Counted from the first letter of the stretch, positions 37,551 through 48,095 are shown. The stretch is DNA of 64,000 nucleotides from Myxococcales bacterium (GCA_043747615.1 JAYTOU010000044.1:25754-89753); one strand, 5' to 3'. The notes: generated from the sequence alone by a model not told the origin. Translations and numbers: made by a program.

Positions 37551-39140
37551 ATGCCGCGGTTTGCCGCCATCGACGTTGGCTCGAACGCCCTGCGTCTTCG
37601 CATCATCGAAGCCGACGGTGCCGCGCGCAGCGTGGGCGACCGGCTGCAGCTCGCGCTTCTGCCAGGCGAGCGGGGATCAGCCTGGCGCGAAATCGTCACC
37701 TTGCGTGCACCGGTGCGCCTGGGCACGGGAGTGTTTCTCTCGGGGAAACTAGCCCCAACGGCGATCGCGGAGGCGTGTGCCGCGCTCAAGGATTTCCGCC
37801 GTGAGATGGACGCGGCCAAGGTCGACGCCTACCGAGCGACGGCCACGAGCGCGGTCCGCGAAGCCTCGAACGGATCGACGCTCATCGAGCGGGCCCGACG
37901 GGAGGCGGGGATCGACCTCGAGGCCATCGAGGGGGTCGAAGAGGCGCGCCTCATACAGCTCGCCGTCACCCGCCGTCTCGCTGTGGAAGATCGGCGCGCG
38001 CTCCTAGTCGACGTGGGGGGGGGGTCGACGGAGCTCACGGTCCTCGATCACGGCGCGAGCACGTATTCGATTTCACTCCCGGTAGGCACGGTGCGCCTCA
38101 TCGAGGCCTTCTTGAAGGAGTCGCCCACGGTAAGCACAGAAGGCGCACGCCTCATTCGCGAGACGATTGATCGCGCGCTCGCCGAAGCCCGTCCTCATCT
38201 GTCGAAGCTCAGTCTCGAGCTCCTCATCGGCACCGGAGGCAACGTGGACACGATGGCCGAGCTCTGTCCCGCGAAGGGCGAGGGCCGCGCCGTCGACGTC
38301 GCCGCCCTGAAGGTGCTCTTCACGAAGCTATGCGCGCTCTCGCCTGTCGAGCGCTCGAAGGCTTTTTCGCTCCGCGCCGATCGTGCCGACACCATCGTGC
38401 CCGCCGCGGCGATCTTCCTTCGCCTGGCCGAGGTCTTCGGCGCGGCCACGATCGTCGCTCCCGGCGTGGGCCTGAAAGAGGGCGTGCTCGAGGAGCTCGT
38501 CGATCGGCATTTCAAGGTGTGGGACATCGCTGGCGAGGTCGAGAGCGTGCTCCTCGCCTGCAAGCGCGTCGGCAACCGTTACCAGTTCGACGAGGGTCAC
38601 GGGGTGCTCGTCTCGCGCCTCGCCGCACAGCTCTTCGACGACATGAAAGACGTGCACGCCTACGGTGATCGCGAGCGCCTCCTCCTCCGCGCCGCCGCCC
38701 TCCTCCACGACGTGGGGGACTTCGTGCGCTACGACGGCCATCACAAGCACACCTATTACCTCATCCAGCACGCGGACATCATGGGGCTCACCCCCGAGGA
38801 GCGAGAGATCGTCGCCAACATCGCGCGCTACCACCGCAAGAGCGCGCCCGACACGTCGCATCCGAATTTCTACAACCTGACCAAGGACGCACGCGGCAAG
38901 GTGCGAGCGCTCGCCGCCATCTTGCGCATCGCGGACGCGCTCGATCGCGAGCATCTCGGCAAGGTGACGCACGTCCGCGCCACCATCGACAAAGGGAAAG
39001 GGCGGGTCACGCTCACGCTCACCGGCGACGAGGAGCGGCTGCTCGAAGAATGGACCGTGCGGGCGAAGGCTGGGCTTCTCCGCGACGTCTTCGGGCTCGA
39101 GGTCGCGCTCGCCGGGGACAGCCCTCCGAAGGTCGGCTAG
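37551..39140 (+). CDS. ppx: Ppx/GppA exopolyphosphatase with HD domain
   Basis: IDVGSN, ATSAVREA, DVGGGSTE, LLHDVG, ARYHRK, ADALD. Confidence 0.93.
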   Translation: MPRFAAIDVGSNALRLRIIEADGAARSVGDRLQLALLPGERGSAWREIVTLRAPVRLGTGVFLSGKLAPTAIAEACAALKDFRREMDAAKVDAYRATATSAVREASNGSTLIERARREAGIDLEAIEGVEEARLIQLAVTRRLAVEDRRALLVDVGGGSTELTVLDHGASTYSISLPVGTVRLIEAFLKESPTVSTEGARLIRETIDRALAEARPHLSKLSLELLIGTGGNVDTMAELCPAKGEGRAVDVAALKVLFTKLCALSPVERSKAFSLRADRADTIVPAAAIFLRLAEVFGAATIVAPGVGLKEGVLEELVDRHFKVWDIAGEVESVLLACKRVGNRYQFDEGHGVLVSRLAAQLFDDMKDVHAYGDRERLLLRAAALLHDVGDFVRYDGHHKHTYYLIQHADIMGLTPEEREIVANIARYHRKSAPDTSHPNFYNLTKDARGKVRALAAILRIADALDREHLGKVTHVRATIDKGKGRVTLTLTGDEERLLEEWTVRAKAGLLRDVFGLEVALAGDSPPKVG

Positions 39141-39153
39141 TCTCGCAGGGGCA

Positions 39154-39768
39154 ATGCGTCGGGCCTCCCTTATTTTCGCGCTGATCCTCACCGCGTGCAC
39201 CTCGAGCCGGGTCCCCGATCCGAAGGAAGCGGCCAACGACTATGCGAGCGCGGCCGCGCGGGGCGACGCCGACGCCATTTACGAGATGATGACCGCCTCT
39301 GCCCAGAAAGCGCGAAGCAAGGAGGACGTGCGTCGTCTCGTGGCCGACGAGCGCGCGGAGCTCGCCGAGCAAGCGAAGGCCCTCTCCGCAAAAGACGCGC
39401 GCGCAGAGTCGACGGCGCGACTTCGTTTCGACGACGGCGAGGAGGCGGCGCTCGAGCTAAAGAATGGGAAGTTCTGGGTCACGAGCGCAGGCGCTGTCCC
39501 CGGCGGAGCGCGCACGCCCGAGGAGGCACTCGATCAGCTGCGCCGAGTGGTGGCTCGGCGATCGTACGCCGGGCTCATGCGCGTTTTGTCGCCGGCCACC
39601 CGCGTCGCAATCGAGCAGGATTTACGGGCTCTCGTTACCGGTCTCGAGCACCCGGACACCCTCCCCGTTCAGATCTCGGGAGATTCGGCCACTGTCCTGG
39701 TGCCGGGCGGTCATCATGTGCGTATGAAGCGAGACGGCGGTGTGTGGCGTGTCGACGACTTCGATTAG
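39154..39768 (+). CDS. Hypothetical lipoprotein (NTF2-like repeats likely)
   Basis: Lipobox LTAC; two repeats ending in K..G.W.V. Confidence 0.75.
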   Translation: MRRASLIFALILTACTSSRVPDPKEAANDYASAAARGDADAIYEMMTASAQKARSKEDVRRLVADERAELAEQAKALSAKDARAESTARLRFDDGEEAALELKNGKFWVTSAGAVPGGARTPEEALDQLRRVVARRSYAGLMRVLSPATRVAIEQDLRALVTGLEHPDTLPVQISGDSATVLVPGGHHVRMKRDGGVWRVDDFD

Positions 39769-40549
39769 ACGTTTGAGCGCATGGACGCTCGCAAGCGCGC
39801 TCGTCGCTGCGCTCGTTCTACTCTCACCGCACCCGGCGCGCGCGTTCGGCGACAACGGCGCGTTCGATCCCCGTGTGCTCCTCACCGGCGGGCAGACCGG
39901 CGCCGCGCGCCCGAACGCGCCTCCCCGCTGGTCGTGGGAGCTGATCCAACGCACGAGCGCGCCCGCGCGGCTTCGGCCAACGACCGTTCACGCCGCCGAT
40001 CCGGCGATCACCGACGGACCGTTCCTCTACTGGAGCGGAGACACGACCATCGCCCCTCTCACGTCCGTGGAAATCGCTGGCTTCCGCCGCTTCTTTGCGC
40101 TCGGCGGGGTCCTCCTCGTCGACGACGCTGCAGTGGCCGACGACGGCGCGTCGAGCGCTTTCGGAAATGGCGCGCGCCGCGAAATCGCCCGTATTTTACC
40201 GGATGCGGCCGCGATCACCATCAGCTCGGAGCATGTGATCTTCCGCAGCTTTTATCTTCTACGTCGCGCCGAGGGGCGTGTCGCGGGCTCGAAGACGCTC
40301 AGCGCGATCGTTCGCGGCGGCGCGGTGCAGGTCATCTTCAGCTCGCATGATCTCGGCGGGGCACTCGCTCGCGGGCCCACGGGAATCTGGGAGCTGCCCG
40401 TCGTCCCCGGCGGCGATCTTCAGCGCGAGCACGCCATCCGCCTCGCCGTGAACATCGCGATGTACATCCTTTGCTCGAACTACAAAGACGATCAAGTGCA
40501 CGCGCCGTTCCTCATGCGCCGCCGGGCCCTCGCACCGATCGAGCCTTGA
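39740..40549 (+). CDS. DUF4159 domain protein
   Basis: PFLYWSG, GGVLLVDD, HVIFRSFY, AVNIAMYIL, NYKDDQVH; start uncertain. Confidence 0.85.
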   Translation: MCGVSTTSIRRLSAWTLASALVAALVLLSPHPARAFGDNGAFDPRVLLTGGQTGAARPNAPPRWSWELIQRTSAPARLRPTTVHAADPAITDGPFLYWSGDTTIAPLTSVEIAGFRRFFALGGVLLVDDAAVADDGASSAFGNGARREIARILPDAAAITISSEHVIFRSFYLLRRAEGRVAGSKTLSAIVRGGAVQVIFSSHDLGGALARGPTGIWELPVVPGGDLQREHAIRLAVNIAMYILCSNYKDDQVHAPFLMRRRALAPIEP

Positions 40550-40552
40550 ACG

Positions 40553-42760
40553 ATGCCTATTAGCCGCCTTGCCACGAGCAACGATCTTCCGCCGTGGGCG
40601 ATAGTCCTCGCGTGTGTCCTTGCGCTCGCCAGCTTCGCCATGCTGCTCGTCGAGATGCGGCGACAAGAGCGAGGCGGGCTCCTCATCGTCGGTACGGGCA
40701 TCCTCGCGCTCCTCGGTCTCATGGCGGCGGTGCTCCGTCCGGTGCGCATCGCGGCGAGAGAGAGCGTCGTTGGCGCGCGGGTAGTGATCCTCGCCGACAG
40801 CTCACGCTCCATGGCGCTTCCCTCGGACGGCGCACGCACACGCCGCGAAGCGCGCGACGCCGCCATTGCCGCTCTGGTCAAGGCTTCCCCCGACGCGCGT
40901 GTGCTCACGCTCGGCTTCGACGAAGGTCCCCCGCGTCCCCTCGGTGGGCAAGGCGGGGCCGAAGGTCGCCGAAGCGATCTGTCAGCCGCGTTGCGTGATC
41001 TCGCGGCTGCGCCCGACGAACATCCCGCAGCGGTCGTCGTGGTCTCCGATGGCCGACTCGATGAGCCCGCCGAAGATGCGCAGCCCGCCGCGCTCGCCGC
41101 CCTCGGAGCGTCGCTTCACATCCCGATCCATACGGTCGCGACGACCCACAACGCGCCTGCCGATGCGAGCGTGAGGCGCGTGGCAAACGCGGGCGCGGCC
41201 GTTGCTCACGTGCCGCTCCCTCTGCGGGTGGACATCGGGTGCGCCGGCGGACTGGCGTGCGAAGAGCTCACGGTGACCGCGCGTGAGCTACGCGAGGACG
41301 GCCCGCCGGCGCTCCTCGCCACGGGTCTCGCTCACCTGAAAGAAGGCAAGGGGACAGTCGATCTCACGGTGACTCTCGAGCGCGCTGGAGCACGGATTCT
41401 CGAAGTGGCCATCACCCCGCCCGCTGGCGACACGATCCCGGAAAACGATCGCCGTCTGGTGACGCTCAACGTCGCGCGCGAACGAGTCCGCGTCCTTCAC
41501 GTGGCCGGTCGCCCGACGAACGACGTGCGCGCGCTCCGTCAATGGTTGAAGAGCGATGCATCCGTCGACCTCGTCGCGTTTTTCATTTTGCGAACGCCCG
41601 CCGATAATCCGATGGCGTCGCAAGAAGATCTCGCGCTCATCCCCTTCCCTGTCGACGAGCTCTTCAGCGAGCACCTGCCATCGTTCGACGCGGTCGTTCT
41701 CCAAGACTTCGACGCGCAGCCGTACGGCCTCGAGAAGCATCTACCTGCGCTCGCGCGTTACGTTCGTGCCGGTGGCGGGCTCATCATGGTGGGCGGTCCG
41801 AACTCCTTCGTCGCGGGGGGCTACGCGCCGACGCCGCTCGGTGGCGTCCTGCCGGTGACGCTCGATGGCTCCCCCGGAGCGACGGCCGCCGACCCGTCGT
41901 CGTTCGTGCCCTCATGGACGGAAGAGGGAAAGAACGCGCCTCTCCTCGCTCCGATGCGAGCCGTCCTGGGAGAGGAGCTTCCGAGCATGCCGGGCGCGAA
42001 CGTGCTCGGTGACGTGCGGCCCGGGAGCGTCGTCCTCTGGACCCATCCCACCCGCACCACGAAAAAAGGCGCGGGGATGCCGGTCCTGGCGATCGGAGAT
42101 CAAGGAGACGGTCGATCCATCGCGCTCGGGATCGATGGGGGCTGGCTCCTCGAGTTCTCTGCGCTCGGTGCGCGTACGGCCGGCCGCGGACACGGCGCGC
42201 TCTGGGATGGTCTCCTCGGTTGGCTCATGCGGGACCCACGCTTCGAGCCCGCTCAGATCGACGTCGTCGGAGGATGCACGGCGGGAACGCCGACGACCCT
42301 GCGCGTTCACGCTGCAGGTGCAGGTGGAAAATCCGAAACCGTGAGCGTCGACGTCACCCGCCTCGACAAACACGCGACGCCGCTCCACCTGGAAAAAAAA
42401 CGAGGCGCCGACGAGAGCGCTCTCGATGTGCTTCTCCCCGCGATGGAGGCGGGCGGCTACTCGGCGCGCCTTCGCATCGGCAGCGGACCAACGACGCGGC
42501 GCGATTTTGCGTGCGAAGCAGGGGGCGACGAGTGGGCCGATTCGCGCCCCGATCCCACACGCTTGCAAGCGCTGGCCAAGGCCGCCGGCGGCACCTTTGC
42601 TTGGGCCGAAGAGGCGCGGTCCATCCCGCTTCCGAAGCCCACGGTAGTGAGCGCCGAACGGCACGTCGTCCCCCTCGCGCCACCGTGGATCTGGACGCTG
42701 CTCGCTGCTAGTTTCCTCGGTGCCCACTGGTTCACCCGCCGTCGTGGGGGCCTCACGTAA
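40553..42760 (+). CDS. Membrane protein with VWA-like and glutamine-amidotransferase-like (DUF1355-type) domains
   Basis: DSSRSM MIDAS, VVSDG, ENDRR, GGGLIMVGG..SF..GGY..TPL..VLPV; TMs at both ends. Confidence 0.85.
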   Translation: MPISRLATSNDLPPWAIVLACVLALASFAMLLVEMRRQERGGLLIVGTGILALLGLMAAVLRPVRIAARESVVGARVVILADSSRSMALPSDGARTRREARDAAIAALVKASPDARVLTLGFDEGPPRPLGGQGGAEGRRSDLSAALRDLAAAPDEHPAAVVVVSDGRLDEPAEDAQPAALAALGASLHIPIHTVATTHNAPADASVRRVANAGAAVAHVPLPLRVDIGCAGGLACEELTVTARELREDGPPALLATGLAHLKEGKGTVDLTVTLERAGARILEVAITPPAGDTIPENDRRLVTLNVARERVRVLHVAGRPTNDVRALRQWLKSDASVDLVAFFILRTPADNPMASQEDLALIPFPVDELFSEHLPSFDAVVLQDFDAQPYGLEKHLPALARYVRAGGGLIMVGGPNSFVAGGYAPTPLGGVLPVTLDGSPGATAADPSSFVPSWTEEGKNAPLLAPMRAVLGEELPSMPGANVLGDVRPGSVVLWTHPTRTTKKGAGMPVLAIGDQGDGRSIALGIDGGWLLEFSALGARTAGRGHGALWDGLLGWLMRDPRFEPAQIDVVGGCTAGTPTTLRVHAAGAGGKSETVSVDVTRLDKHATPLHLEKKRGADESALDVLLPAMEAGGYSARLRIGSGPTTRRDFACEAGGDEWADSRPDPTRLQALAKAAGGTFAWAEEARSIPLPKPTVVSAERHVVPLAPPWIWTLLAASFLGAHWFTRRRGGLT

Positions 42761-45286
42761 GTGGCGCCGAGCTTCGTGTTACGTTCGACCTCCGTGCGGC
42801 GATCTCTTGGCCTCTCAGTAGCGATCGTCTTCGCCTCCTCCGGGGCGCAGGCCCTCGTGTGGCCCGATGTCCCCGAGAGGATCGAGCACGCCCTGGCGGC
42901 ATCGGATCCGGTTGCGCGCCGGGTGGCGGCACACGAGCTGCAAACCCTCGGCGCAAAGCGAGGCGCTCCGCTGGTTCTCGCCGCCCTCGGTGACTCGGAC
43001 GTCGAGGTGCGCCTCGCGGCGGCGCAGTCTGCCATTCGCTTGCGGATCGCCCCGGCGACGGAGGCCGTTCTCCCCTGGCTCGGCGATCGCGAGACCCGGC
43101 TTCGCATCGCCGCGTGCGACGTGGCGCGTGCACTCCCGAACCCTCGCGCCATTCCCCAACTTGCGCGAGCGCTGGGCGACTCGGACGCGGCTGTGCGTGC
43201 GGCGGCGGCGGATGCGCTCGGCTCGCAAGCGGCTCACGGCGCAGTTCGGCAAGGTCAGGCGAGCGATGACGCCGTCGCTCCGCTCCTCGGAAAGCTCGAC
43301 GACGCAAGCCCGCCGGTCCGTATTCAAATTGCACGCGCGCTCGCCCGGCTCGGTGACGCGCGCGCCGTGGTGCCGCTCGTCGGTAAGGTGCAAGACTCAG
43401 TGCCCGACGTGCGCCAAGCCGTCGCCCGCGCGCTCGGTGAGCTCGGCGATCCGCGCGCCTCCCAAGCTCTCATTCTCCAGCTCCGCGACAACGTCACGGA
43501 TGTTCGGGTCGAGGCTCTGGGCGCTCTCGGTCGTCTGCGGGCGCCCGACGCGGTCGATGCGATCGCCCCGCTCACCATCGATCGCCAGCCCACACTTCGC
43601 CTTGCGGCGATCGCTGCGCTCGGGCGGATTGGAACGACACAGGCCGTGCGCGCGCTCATCGCAATCATGGGCGCGGGCGACGACGCAGGCGGCGGGCTCG
43701 AGCGCACGCCGGTGCGGGAAGCGTTGGTCTCCGCGGGCCCAGCCGCGATTCCGGAGCTCTCGAATCTGCTCGGCGGAACCCCGGGCACTGCTTCCGCGGT
43801 GAGCGCGGCGTGGGTGCTCGGCGAGCTTCACGCGAGCAACGAGGCGGGGGCAATCGTGAGAGCGATGCGCAGAGGCGTGCTCCCCGCGGCCGCCGCCCTT
43901 CACGCCTTTGCTGGCGCAGGTACGCGCGAGTCGGTGCCGATCGTCCTCGAGTTCGTCGGTGACGCGAGCCCGCTCGTCCGCGCCGAAGCGACGCGCGCCG
44001 CAGCCGCGCTCCTCGAACCCAGCCAGCCCGATGGGCGCGCCGTGGAGCCGCTCGCAGCAGCGCTTCGCAATGCCGCACTGTCTTCCGTCGAACGCGCGTC
44101 TCTCGTCGCTCTTCTCGGGCGCACCGGAGCCCCGCGCGCGGCGCCGGTCCTCGAAGGGCTCGTCGCTGCGAAAGATCCCGCGCTGCGCCTCGCCGCCATC
44201 GACGCCATCGGGACGCTCGGCCCCGCGGGCGTCGACAACGCCCTCCTCGAGAAGCTCAGCGACTCGGATGCGATCGTTCGCCTCCATGCTGCCGTCGCGC
44301 TAGGCGACTCGGGAAGCGCGCGCGCGCGTGACGCACTCCTTGCAAAGATGGACTCGGGGGACGAGCTCGATCGCGCAGCATTCCTCACGGCCCTCGGAGG
44401 AATTCTCTCGCGGGTGCCGAGCGAGGCGGCCGTCACCAAGCTTTCGCACGCACTGGAGCTTGCCGTGGGGCCGGAACGCGATGCGCTCATCGGGGCCATA
44501 GGACGAACACGCACTGTCGGCGCGCTCAACGTGCTCGGCAACCTCAGTCGATCGCTCGACGTCGACGATCGGCGCACAGCGGCGACGCTTCTCCCCGTTC
44601 ATGCCTCGTCGGCCAAGGTTCTCGCCCGGCTCCTCGCCGGCGATGCAGATGCCGGTGTCCGAGCGCAGGCCGCGTGGTCGCTCGGATCGATCGACGGTCC
44701 CGAGGGAATTCCTCTTCTCGAAGCAATCGCGCGCGGCGTGGACATCGACCCCGCCGTCAACGCCACCGCGGCCATCGGACGCATCACCGCACGCTCGAAA
44801 TCAAGCCTATTGGCGACGCGCTGGCTGTGTCCGCTCCTTTCTGATCCGCGCGCGCACGTGCGCTCGAATGCCGCCCACGGTCTTGGAGCGACCGGTGCGC
44901 GCTGCGGAAACGGGAACGCAGAGCGGCAACTTCTCATCGATGATCCCGTCGATATAGTCCGTGCTGCAGCGGCCTCCGCGCTCCTCGCCACCCCCCTCTC
45001 GGCCGAAGATCGCGCAGCGCTCGATCACTGCGCGGCGAGCGAACGATCGTCACGCGTCGCTCATGGGTGCCGCACGGCCAGCGCGCCGGTCGGAGCACCT
45101 CATGCCGTCGAGGTGTACGTGATCGCCGACGGCGCGTCCCTCCCGCGTCCACGGATTACCTACGCTCTCGAGCTCGCCGATGGGTTCATCCGCGCAGGCA
45201 CGGCCGATCGTCGTGGCGCCGTCTTCGAGCCGTTCGCACCCGACGGAGAAGTCTCTCTCCAGCGTCCGAGCGCGCAGGCGCGCTGA
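42761..45286 (+). CDS. Exported HEAT/PBS-repeat protein
   Basis: Signal peptide and many D....VR..AA.ALG repeats. Confidence 0.88.
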   Translation: MAPSFVLRSTSVRRSLGLSVAIVFASSGAQALVWPDVPERIEHALAASDPVARRVAAHELQTLGAKRGAPLVLAALGDSDVEVRLAAAQSAIRLRIAPATEAVLPWLGDRETRLRIAACDVARALPNPRAIPQLARALGDSDAAVRAAAADALGSQAAHGAVRQGQASDDAVAPLLGKLDDASPPVRIQIARALARLGDARAVVPLVGKVQDSVPDVRQAVARALGELGDPRASQALILQLRDNVTDVRVEALGALGRLRAPDAVDAIAPLTIDRQPTLRLAAIAALGRIGTTQAVRALIAIMGAGDDAGGGLERTPVREALVSAGPAAIPELSNLLGGTPGTASAVSAAWVLGELHASNEAGAIVRAMRRGVLPAAAALHAFAGAGTRESVPIVLEFVGDASPLVRAEATRAAAALLEPSQPDGRAVEPLAAALRNAALSSVERASLVALLGRTGAPRAAPVLEGLVAAKDPALRLAAIDAIGTLGPAGVDNALLEKLSDSDAIVRLHAAVALGDSGSARARDALLAKMDSGDELDRAAFLTALGGILSRVPSEAAVTKLSHALELAVGPERDALIGAIGRTRTVGALNVLGNLSRSLDVDDRRTAATLLPVHASSAKVLARLLAGDADAGVRAQAAWSLGSIDGPEGIPLLEAIARGVDIDPAVNATAAIGRITARSKSSLLATRWLCPLLSDPRAHVRSNAAHGLGATGARCGNGNAERQLLIDDPVDIVRAAAASALLATPLSAEDRAALDHCAASERSSRVAHGCRTASAPVGAPHAVEVYVIADGASLPRPRITYALELADGFIRAGTADRRGAVFEPFAPDGEVSLQRPSAQAR

Positions 45287-45321
45287 GCACCCCCGGCCGC
45301 TGACCACCGTAGGAAGGTGGC

Positions 45322-45693
45322 CTAGGTGCGGAAATACGTGGCCGCGCAGGTGTCGTTTTCCCAAACCTCGACCCGAGCGACCTTCACGCGAGCGTCGTCG
45401 ATCTTGGCAGCAAGGTTGTCGGCAATGACACGCGCGATATTTTCGGCCGTGGGGTTCACGTCGTCGAACGGCGCAATCTCGTTCAAGAAGACGTGCTCGT
45501 ACGGTTCAACGAGCGCACGGAGCGTCGCCCCTAGGGCGTTGAAGTCGAGCACGAAGCCGCTCGAATCGAGCTGACTCGCGCGGACGACCGCTTTGATTCG
45601 CCAGTTGTGTCCATGAAGCCGCTCGCCCTCACCGGGCGCGAGTCTGAGCTGGTGCGCCGCGGCGACGACGGTCTCTTGGCTGATCTCCCACAT
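45322..45693 (-). CDS. queD: 6-carboxytetrahydropterin synthase
   Basis: AAH.L, LHGHNW, LDF, NPTAEN, VWEN. Confidence 0.88.
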   Translation of the reverse strand: MWEISQETVVAAAHQLRLAPGEGERLHGHNWRIKAVVRASQLDSSGFVLDFNALGATLRALVEPYEHVFLNEIAPFDDVNPTAENIARVIADNLAAKIDDARVKVARVEVWENDTCAATYFRT

Positions 45694-45738
45694 GCCACGG
45701 CTTTAGCACGAGGGATCCGGGTCTGCTATCGGTAGGTC

Positions 45739-46311
45739 ATGCGCCCCCGTCGCCGCTCGTCGCTCAAGAGCCCCGAGTCGCTCGAAGGCGTTCTCGGACG
45801 GGCCGGCGAGCACCGGTTCGCTCTCCATCGTCCGCCGATCGCGACCCGCATCTGGACGATGGCGATGGGCGTGCGGGTGGCCGAGCGAGCCAAGCCGATC
45901 TCCTTGGAAAACGGAGTGCTCACGGTGCGCGTGGCCACGAGCGTGTGGGCCAACGAGCTGTCGTTTTTGCAGGCGTCGCTCATCGAACGATTGCGCGATC
46001 AAGGCGTCGCCGTGAACGAGCTTCGCTTTCGCGTTGGGCCGATCGAGCCTCCCGCGCGACCGCCCGAGCGCCGCATCACCCGCGCCGTTCCTGCCCCGGC
46101 GGCTCTTCCCCACGAGCTCGCCGCGCACATCGCGACCATCGAAGATCGCGAGCTCCAAGAGGCGATCACCCTTGCCGCGCGAGCGAATCTGGCGTGGCAA
46201 GAGAACGTCGACCCGCCCGAAGGCCCCACCGCCGCGCCGCGTGGCGTCGATCAGGATCAACCACGACCTCAGCGCGTTGCGGCCAACCGCTCGAGCCCTT
46301 CCAAGCGCTGA
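45739..46311 (+). CDS. DUF721 / DciA family protein
   Basis: W...G..VA.RAKP..L.NGVL.V.V..SVWANEL...LI..L. Confidence 0.8.
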   Translation: MRPRRRSSLKSPESLEGVLGRAGEHRFALHRPPIATRIWTMAMGVRVAERAKPISLENGVLTVRVATSVWANELSFLQASLIERLRDQGVAVNELRFRVGPIEPPARPPERRITRAVPAPAALPHELAAHIATIEDRELQEAITLAARANLAWQENVDPPEGPTAAPRGVDQDQPRPQRVAANRSSPSKR

Positions 46312-47105
46312 AAAAGAAATCGCTCCGCTGGCCCAAAGGTCGGAAGGCGCTGACGAAGGTCGTCGATGTATTCACGCAAGCGGATGATGTCGATCGACGT
46401 AACGCGGCGAAGCGCGTTGTAAAGCTCGTCGATCACGGGCGCGGGACAAGGCCTCTTCTGCGCAGAGTAAAGCTCGATCACGTAATCGGCCCACGCGCCT
46501 TTTCCCGTTGCAGTGGCGAGCTTCGCCGAGAACCGCGCCGCCTGATCGACGAGCGACGGCGTCACCCGCTTACCGGCGCGACTGGCTTCGATCACGTCCC
46601 CCAAGGGCGAGGCGAGCAGGCGCTCCGCCTCCACCGCGCGACCCATGGCGAGGGCTTTTTCCGCCACACTACCGAGCAGGTTGAAGGCGTCCGCACGGCG
46701 CACCATGCTGAGCTCGAACTCCGACTCCGATCTCTCTGGCGCCGGCGGTGACGCGACTAGCGGAATTTTCGGCAGCGTCATCTTCAGGCTGCGGCCACCG
46801 CGCACGGGCTCCGCGGGCGACTCCTGGGCAGCGACCAGCGTCATCTCCTGCGCGCCGATGAGAATGCGATCGCCCGCCTCGAGGTGCACGCGCTCGGAGA
46901 TCTTCGATCCGTTGACGAGCACTCCGTTGCGGCTCTCGAGATCCTCGAGGGTGACGCCGTGTCGGTCGACCACGAGCAGGGCGTGGCGCCTCGACACGAG
47001 CGGATCATCGAGCGAGAGTTGGCAGCTCGCATTGCGCCCCACCGCGAACTCCCCTTCCGAGAGCTCCAAGTCGTGCTGGAGGTAGCGCAAACGGAAACGC
47101 ATCAC
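46269..47105 (-). CDS. FHA domain protein
   Basis: VGR, VSRRH, SRNG. Confidence 0.9.
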   Translation of the reverse strand: MMRFRLRYLQHDLELSEGEFAVGRNASCQLSLDDPLVSRRHALLVVDRHGVTLEDLESRNGVLVNGSKISERVHLEAGDRILIGAQEMTLVAAQESPAEPVRGGRSLKMTLPKIPLVASPPAPERSESEFELSMVRRADAFNLLGSVAEKALAMGRAVEAERLLASPLGDVIEASRAGKRVTPSLVDQAARFSAKLATATGKGAWADYVIELYSAQKRPCPAPVIDELYNALRRVTSIDIIRLREYIDDLRQRLPTFGPAERFLFQRLEGLERLAATR

Positions 47106-47183
47106 GCTAGCGAGTTTTGCCCAATCGCGCGTTCCGTCACGCTCTAAGTCTTACCTGCGCACAAAGGCTCGCGGCAAGTATGG

Positions 47184-48095
47184 TCAGCCGATTGCCGGGT
47201 TGGTGGAGGTGATGTCCGTGTTTCGGTCGCCTGCCGTGATGGCCGCCTGGAGCTCGTCCAGCCGTGAAAGGGCCAGCAGCTCCGTGTCTTTCGGCGCAGG
47301 GATGGTCCGGCACTTCGCCGCGAGCTCGATGATTGGTTGCTCGAGCGCGACCCGGTGCGTTTCGGCCATTTGGCTCATTTCTTCGATGATTTGGATGGGC
47401 GGGATGAACCCGAGCTGCCCATAGAGGTGGGTCACCCAGCACGCCCAGATGGGATCGTCCGCAGCGATGCTGACCCGAATGGCGGTCGACGAGAGCTGGG
47501 CGAGCTGATCGGGCTCCACCGGACCGCCGCTCGCCATCCGCTCTTCGAGCTGAGACTTCGCGCGCTGGATCATGCGGAGCGCGTCTCCGATGCGCGCGAG
47601 GGAGAGCGCTTTCTCCGTGACCTCGACTAGCAGCTGCACGTTCCAAGAGTGCTTCGACGACGTGCCGAATTGCCCGCTGAGCGTGTCTTCGTCGGTCTGC
47701 TCCGTCGCGCCGCACGCCGGGCAAGCCACGAGCTCTTGGGGATACGGAAGGCGGCACTGCGCACAGTAACGGAGGAAACCGGTGGTCTTCGTAGAAGCCA
47801 TGCCGACGGCGTTGCCGACGTAACAGAACACGAGCTCCTGCGTTCCGATGCGCAGACGATCCCCGTCTTTGAGCTTCGTCGGCTCCTTGATTTGAACGCC
47901 GTTGACCTTCACGCCGTTCCGACTGCCGAGATCCTCGAAGGAGGCTACGTCGGCGTCGATGACGATGCGCGCGTGCTGCCGCGACACGAGTGGATCCTCG
48001 ATCGTGACATGGCAGTCCGCACTCCTCCCGATGAGGGTAGCCCCACGCGCAAGGTCGAACTCTTGGAGTAGGAATCGCAGCCGATACCGCGCCAC
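47184..48095 (-). CDS. FHA domain protein with CxxC/CxxC zinc ribbon
   Basis: IGR, VSRQH, SRNG; CAQC...CPAC. Confidence 0.9.
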   Translation of the reverse strand: MARYRLRFLLQEFDLARGATLIGRSADCHVTIEDPLVSRQHARIVIDADVASFEDLGSRNGVKVNGVQIKEPTKLKDGDRLRIGTQELVFCYVGNAVGMASTKTTGFLRYCAQCRLPYPQELVACPACGATEQTDEDTLSGQFGTSSKHSWNVQLLVEVTEKALSLARIGDALRMIQRAKSQLEERMASGGPVEPDQLAQLSSTAIRVSIAADDPIWACWVTHLYGQLGFIPPIQIIEEMSQMAETHRVALEQPIIELAAKCRTIPAPKDTELLALSRLDELQAAITAGDRNTDITSTNPAIG

